The translations under genes and the position numbers were made by a program. The notes beneath the pieces are model-generated. The model worked only from the letters and a program-made list of their open reading frames with translations, was not told the DNA's origin and ran no database searches. Source: an uncultured Verrucomicrobiae bacterium (lineage in GTDB: Bacteria; Verrucomicrobiota; Verrucomicrobiia; Chthoniobacterales; UBA10450). Taken from it: a stretch of 64,000 nucleotides of DNA. Shown here in pieces: positions 59,057-64,000 of this stretch. The stretch is from contig CAVYXA010000001.1 in the NCBI GenBank assembly GCA_963772365.1, forward strand, positions 768,001-832,000, given 5' to 3'. The first letter of the stretch is position 1. Each line of letters starts with the position of its first letter.

Positions 59057-62050
59057 ATGGAAGGCATCATTCTGTTGCTCCTGATTGTCGTCGTAATCAT
59101 TTGTGTGTTGCCAATCGTGGCGATTGTAAAAGCGAGCGGCGCTCAGCGAACCCTGATTGATCTAAAGACCCGGTTAGCCGAACTCGAGCAGCAAGTGCGC
59201 GGATTACGGGGCGAAACGGGCGTGCGTGCTCCCTCAGCGGTGGAACCAAGTCTCGAGCCGATTGTTCCCGCACCCGCCATAGCTCCGACCCGTCCCAAAC
59301 CGTCACCCGCAGTTCCGCCGCCTTTGCCAATCGAAGTTACTGCTCAAACGAGATCGACATCTCCACCATCGCCAATTCCCGCGACTGTTTCGCCGAAACC
59401 ATCGTTGCCTGCGATTAATTGGGAACATTTTATGGGCGCGAAACTTTTCGCCTGGATCGGCGGGCTGGCCCTGTTTCTTGGCGTCGCGTTCTTCGTGAAA
59501 TATTCGTTCGAGCACAATCTGATTCCACCCGAGATCCGAGTAAGCATCGGATTCGTGGTCGGCTTGGCGCTGGTGATTGGCGGGGTCGCGCTCAAGCGCA
59601 AGGAACACGCGGTCACTGCCCAAACACTTTGCGCGACGGGCATCCTGATTCTTTACGCGGTCACATTCGCCTGCCGATCGTTCTATCACTTCGCGTTCTT
59701 CGGACTCATCCCAACCTTTCTTCTGATGACGCTGATCACCGCCGTCGCGTTCTTGCTTGCGGTGCGACTCAATGCAATTGCGGTGGCGATTCTCGGAATG
59801 GCCGGCGGTTTTCTCACGCCGGTCCTACTCTCAACCGGTCAGGATAATCCAGCTGGTCTATTCGGATATCTGGCCTTGCTCGACCTTGGTCTGGTCCTCG
59901 TAGCTCGCCGCAAGCACTGGAGCGCACTCCCGATCCTGGGCGCGATCGGGACAATTTTCATGCAGGCCGCTTGGGTAACGAGTTTCTTTCTCACACAAAA
60001 ATATTTTCTCGGCAGCAAACTATTTGTGCCGATGGCGGTGTTTCTCGGGTTTGAAATTCTATTTTGCGCGGCGCTAGCCTCGATCAAATCCGGAGCGAAA
60101 TCCGAGCGTGCTTTTGCCGCGGCTGCGATCGGCATGGGCGGAGCGGCAATTTTGTGGGGTTTCTATTTCTTTTCGTTTCAACCAATCGGCCAACGGCCGG
60201 TCGTGCTCCTCAGTTACATTTTTCTCGTCGATCTTGTCCTGCTCACAATTGTCTTCCTAAAAGAAAAACTGGCGCAGCTCGCAAATGTTACGGGTCTGGC
60301 GGTATTCGTTTTTCTGGCGAGCTGGACCGCTTCCTATCTAAAATCTGAAAATCTTTACGTCGCGCTCGGGGCGTTTTTTGTATTCGCGCTGCTCCATTCC
60401 GCCGCGCCGCTGTTGTTACAACGCGTTCGCAAGATCAATATCGGATGGTGTGGACATCTGTTTCCGGCATTGGCGCTCATCCTGGTTTTTCTGCCGATTT
60501 GTAATCTCGACCAGGTTTCATTTTTAATTTGGCCGTTGGTCTTATGTGTGGATCTCCTGGCCATCGTGCTGGCAGGAATTACCGGCACGCTCTTGTCGAT
60601 CCTGGTTGTTCTTGTGCTCACTCTTGTCGTAATCGGTGGCTGGATTTTCCGGATTCCGGCCGAGCTGACCGGGCTCGATACTTCTCTCTTTCTCCTCGGC
60701 GGCTTCGCCATTTTCTTTTTGCTTGCCGCGCTGTGGGCGTCGCGACGTTTGATCGGCAAATTCGATACCACAAGCGGAAAACTCTTCGGCGCGCTGACCA
60801 TTCCGGCAAATTTCGCAGTCCAACTTCCGGCATTGTCGGCCACGTTGCCGTTTTTGTTGCTGATCATGGTGACGCTCAGGTTGCCGCTGGCGAATCCATC
60901 GCCGGTTTTCGGGCTGGCATTGTTGTTTGGCATCTTGCTGCTGGGCATGACGAAAATCATGGATTTGGAATTGCTCGCCGCCGTTGCGTTAGGATCGACA
61001 GTCGCTCTTGAGTATGCCTGGCACGGAGCTCATTTCGACACTCGTCACGCCTTGTTGCCGATCGCTTGGTACATCGGATTCGCAGCGATCTTCACGATCT
61101 TTCCATTCCTCTTTCATCGACAATTCGCCAAACGAACATTGATCTGGGCCACGGCCGCGCTGGCTGCGCCTCTGCATTTCTTTCTGATCTATGACGCGAT
61201 CCGCCGCGGTTATCCAAACGGCATGCTCGGGCTCGTGCCGGCGATCTTTTCCATCCCGTCGCTGCTTGGGCTGATTGTTTTGCTCAAACGCACACCGGTG
61301 GAAAGTCAGGCGCGCAACGCCCAACTGGCGCTATTCGGCGGCGCGGCCCTGTTTTTCATCACATTAATTTTTCCGATCCAGTTCGATCGACAATGGATTA
61401 CGCTGGGTTGGGCGCTCGAGGGCGCGGCGCTGTGCTGGTTGTTTCATCGCATCCCGCATCCCGGGTTGCGGTTGGTCGGCGCAGGGTTGCTGGTGGTGGC
61501 GTTTGTGCGTTTGGCATTCAACCCGGCTGTGTTGAATTACCACGCCCGAACCAGCACACCGATTTTCAACTGGTATCTTTACACTTACGGCATCGTGACG
61601 ATCTGTTTGTTTGCAGGGGCGTGGTTGCTGGCGCCGCCGCGAAACCTCATCCTTGGTCGAAAAGCTCCGCCATTGCTTTACGCGCTCGCCACCATCCTGG
61701 CGTTTCTGTTAGTCAACATCGAGATCGCCGATTACTTCACCCCGCCCGGCGCGAGCGCGCTCACTTTTCAATTCTCCGGCAATTTCGCGCGCGATATGAG
61801 TTACAGCATTGCCTGGGCGTTATTCGCGTTGCTGCTCTTGATCATTGGAATTCGACACGCTCTGAAACCTGTTCGTTATGCAGGTCTCGGTTTGCTCGGT
61901 GTGACGATACTCAAGCTTTTCCTGCACGATCTCTCCGAGCTCGATCAACTTTACCGGATCGCTGCGTTCATCATCGTGGCCATCATCGCCATCGTGGCAT
62001 CGTTTCTTTATCAGCGTTTTCTCGCGCTTCCCGAAAAACAAACGCCATGA
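59057..62050 (+). CDS. DUF2339-type large membrane protein
   Basis: WEHFMG.KLFAWIGG..GVAFFVKY; GGFLTP; KLFLHDL..LYRI. Confidence 0.88.
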   Translation: MEGIILLLLIVVVIICVLPIVAIVKASGAQRTLIDLKTRLAELEQQVRGLRGETGVRAPSAVEPSLEPIVPAPAIAPTRPKPSPAVPPPLPIEVTAQTRSTSPPSPIPATVSPKPSLPAINWEHFMGAKLFAWIGGLALFLGVAFFVKYSFEHNLIPPEIRVSIGFVVGLALVIGGVALKRKEHAVTAQTLCATGILILYAVTFACRSFYHFAFFGLIPTFLLMTLITAVAFLLAVRLNAIAVAILGMAGGFLTPVLLSTGQDNPAGLFGYLALLDLGLVLVARRKHWSALPILGAIGTIFMQAAWVTSFFLTQKYFLGSKLFVPMAVFLGFEILFCAALASIKSGAKSERAFAAAAIGMGGAAILWGFYFFSFQPIGQRPVVLLSYIFLVDLVLLTIVFLKEKLAQLANVTGLAVFVFLASWTASYLKSENLYVALGAFFVFALLHSAAPLLLQRVRKINIGWCGHLFPALALILVFLPICNLDQVSFLIWPLVLCVDLLAIVLAGITGTLLSILVVLVLTLVVIGGWIFRIPAELTGLDTSLFLLGGFAIFFLLAALWASRRLIGKFDTTSGKLFGALTIPANFAVQLPALSATLPFLLLIMVTLRLPLANPSPVFGLALLFGILLLGMTKIMDLELLAAVALGSTVALEYAWHGAHFDTRHALLPIAWYIGFAAIFTIFPFLFHRQFAKRTLIWATAALAAPLHFFLIYDAIRRGYPNGMLGLVPAIFSIPSLLGLIVLLKRTPVESQARNAQLALFGGAALFFITLIFPIQFDRQWITLGWALEGAALCWLFHRIPHPGLRLVGAGLLVVAFVRLAFNPAVLNYHARTSTPIFNWYLYTYGIVTICLFAGAWLLAPPRNLILGRKAPPLLYALATILAFLLVNIEIADYFTPPGASALTFQFSGNFARDMSYSIAWALFALLLLIIGIRHALKPVRYAGLGLLGVTILKLFLHDLSELDQLYRIAAFIIVAIIAIVASFLYQRFLALPEKQTP

Positions 62051-64000
62051 GGTTTCGATCGACGCTCGGTTTCTTCCTCGGGCCGCTGTTGCTTGTCGGC
62101 CCGGTTGAAGCATTGACACCGAATGAGTGGAAACAGAGCCAGGCCATCGAAGTGCCGGCGGCAGGATTGATCCGGCTGAAACTTCCGCCCGAAACAATCG
62201 ACGCGGCGCGACCCGTTCTCGAAGATTTACGGATCATCGACAACGCAGGCGCTGAGGTACCTTACCTTGTCGATCGTCCGATGCCGCACGTGGTCTCGAT
62301 GGTGCGACCAAAGGAATTGCGTACCGAGCTCGAACCGCGAACGACCCGAATCATTCTGGCAACCGGAACGAACTTGTTGATCAAAGCCGTAGAGTTCGAG
62401 ACGCCGAGCGCGGAGTTCCTGAAGGCCGTGCAGGTAGAAGGTTCCCAAGATGGAACCAAATGGAACGAGCTCACTGGCAGTCAGCCAATCTTTCGAATGA
62501 CCGGTGGCGCCTCGAATCTGCGGGTCGCATTTCCTGAAGGCGCCTGGAATTTTTTGCGACTATCAATCAATGATAGCCGAACTGCCGCCGTGCCGTTCAC
62601 GGGAGTGCAGCTTGAGGTGACGGAACCGAATGCGCCGCCGGACGTCTTCAATGTTTCGATCAAGTCGTGCGATGAAAGCTTCGGCAAAACGCGGCTGGCG
62701 CTCGATCTGGGAGCATCAAAACTCAATGTCGCCGTGTTGCGCATCGAAGCGCAAGATCCGCTGTTCACTCGCGCGGTCACGATTGCTGTGCCCAACCTCG
62801 ATAACGATACGATCCGCGAACAAACGCTCAGTACCGGGTCGATTTACCGAATCGAGCTTAATGGAAAAGTAGAATCGCGCCTGGAGGTGCCGATTAATGC
62901 GCAGATTCGCAGCCGCCAGTTGATCGTATTGATCGACAACGGCGATAGTCCGCCGCTGGCCATCAAATCAATCGAAGGCGAGCGACGTATGCCAACTTTA
63001 GTTTTCCTCGCACGCGAGACCAGCCGTTACACATTGCTTTCCGGCAACAATCAATGTGCGGCGCCGCGTTATGATCTCGCGGGACTAACCGAGCAATTGA
63101 AAACTGCGACGGCGAAAGAATTGACGCCGTTGTCATTAGTCGCGAATGGCGATTACAAAGCACCGGACAATCTCGCGGCGGTCCCGTTGCAGGGCGCAAA
63201 GATCAATGTGACTGGCTGGAAGTTTCGCCGAGCAATTGCAGTAAAACAATCGGGGGCGCAACAAGTGGAGCTCGATCCAGATGTCCTGGCACATGCGGCC
63301 AGTGATTTGCGCGACCTGCGAGTTGTAACGGAGGATCGACAACTGCCGTATCTTCTGGAACGGACATCGATCTCTCGATCGATCCAGTTAGAGACAAAAT
63401 TGGTGAACGATCCCGAAAAACCGCGGGTCTCGCGATGGTCGTTGAAGTTGCCGCAACCGGGAATTCCAATTACTCGAGTCACTTGCACGCCCGCATCCGG
63501 TCTTTTTGAAAGAGACATGCGTCTCCAGGAAGAGGTGTCCACAGAGCGCGGCGATACTTATCCGCGCGAGCTCGGCCGAGCGAAATGGCAGCAGTTGCCT
63601 AACCAACCGACAAAGGAACTCTCGATTCGTCTCGATGCGACACCCGAAAGCGACACCCTGTTTCTGGAGACGGACAATGGCGACAATCCGGCCATCAATC
63701 TGCAGAATTTCCAGGCAGCTTATCCCGTCACGCGCGTCATATTCCGGACAGGCGCGTCGAACGAGCCGACATGGCTGTATTATGGCAACCCGGAAGCCGA
63801 CGCACCGCATTACGACGTGAGCCTGATCGCCGATCAACTCCTGCGCGCGGAACGCGTCACGCCCATGCTGCAACCGGAGCGGAGCACCGACTCAACAACG
63901 GCGCGAATTACGCAAACGCTCACGGGTTCTGCGCGCTACATTTTCTGGGGCGTTCTCGCAGTGGTGGTAATCGGGCTGTTGCTGCTCATCTCGCGATTGC
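62047..64000 (+). CDS. DUF3999-like exported protein with C-terminal TM (runs off the window)
   Basis: ATGA overlap with the DUF2339 gene; DLRIID..EVPY, IDNGDSPPL, YYGNP..APHYD; same frame at the window end. Confidence 0.8.
   Translation, partial: MRFRSTLGFFLGPLLLVGPVEALTPNEWKQSQAIEVPAAGLIRLKLPPETIDAARPVLEDLRIIDNAGAEVPYLVDRPMPHVVSMVRPKELRTELEPRTTRIILATGTNLLIKAVEFETPSAEFLKAVQVEGSQDGTKWNELTGSQPIFRMTGGASNLRVAFPEGAWNFLRLSINDSRTAAVPFTGVQLEVTEPNAPPDVFNVSIKSCDESFGKTRLALDLGASKLNVAVLRIEAQDPLFTRAVTIAVPNLDNDTIREQTLSTGSIYRIELNGKVESRLEVPINAQIRSRQLIVLIDNGDSPPLAIKSIEGERRMPTLVFLARETSRYTLLSGNNQCAAPRYDLAGLTEQLKTATAKELTPLSLVANGDYKAPDNLAAVPLQGAKINVTGWKFRRAIAVKQSGAQQVELDPDVLAHAASDLRDLRVVTEDRQLPYLLERTSISRSIQLETKLVNDPEKPRVSRWSLKLPQPGIPITRVTCTPASGLFERDMRLQEEVSTERGDTYPRELGRAKWQQLPNQPTKELSIRLDATPESDTLFLETDNGDNPAINLQNFQAAYPVTRVIFRTGASNEPTWLYYGNPEADAPHYDVSLIADQLLRAERVTPMLQPERSTDSTTARITQTLTGSARYIFWGVLAVVVIGLLLLISRL

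Noticed and set aside
1..64000. CRISPR array
   Set aside because: No regularly spaced direct repeats with unique spacers; the repeats are dispersed palindromes

Overview
Mostly core chromosome of a bacterium of roughly 55% GC (estimated by eye), probably Verrucomicrobiota of the Chthoniobacterales/Ca. Udaeobacter type. This assignment is inferred from the VPxxG-CTERM protein, the LpxL-WaaF fusion and the gene order. Housekeeping genes include nrdR, obgE, manA, yggS, nadB, panC, waaF, alaS, recA, two hsp20, ribD, rpoD, dnaG, amt, an ECF sigma, cobB, a GH15 and tRNA-Arg(ACG). Three things stand out. (1) A Sec-signal Rhs/YD protein of about 1813 aa (9028-14469) has no toxin tip and no immunity gene. 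Its loops are filled with short signature motifs of unrelated proteins: VgrG 'YCVQYRESD' twice in different synonymous codons, Hcp-like motifs twice, and LruC-, dockerin/EF-hand- and FGE-like pieces. (2) An integrase-less integron array (attI-like site, TM-HEPN cassette, SnoaL cassette) has its second attC split by an IS1111-type IS110 element. The structured 3' non-coding region of that element contains segments matching the attC target and the IS circle junction, making it a candidate bridge/seekRNA. (3) At least five families of short palindromic or periodic repeats occur between genes, nested in each other, as donors of stop codons, and in frame inside obgE, alaS, dnaG, nfeD, yggS, an ECF sigma and its anti-sigma. 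Five single-base frameshifts in conserved genes are most likely assembly errors. All calls come from reading motifs by eye; no database search was run.
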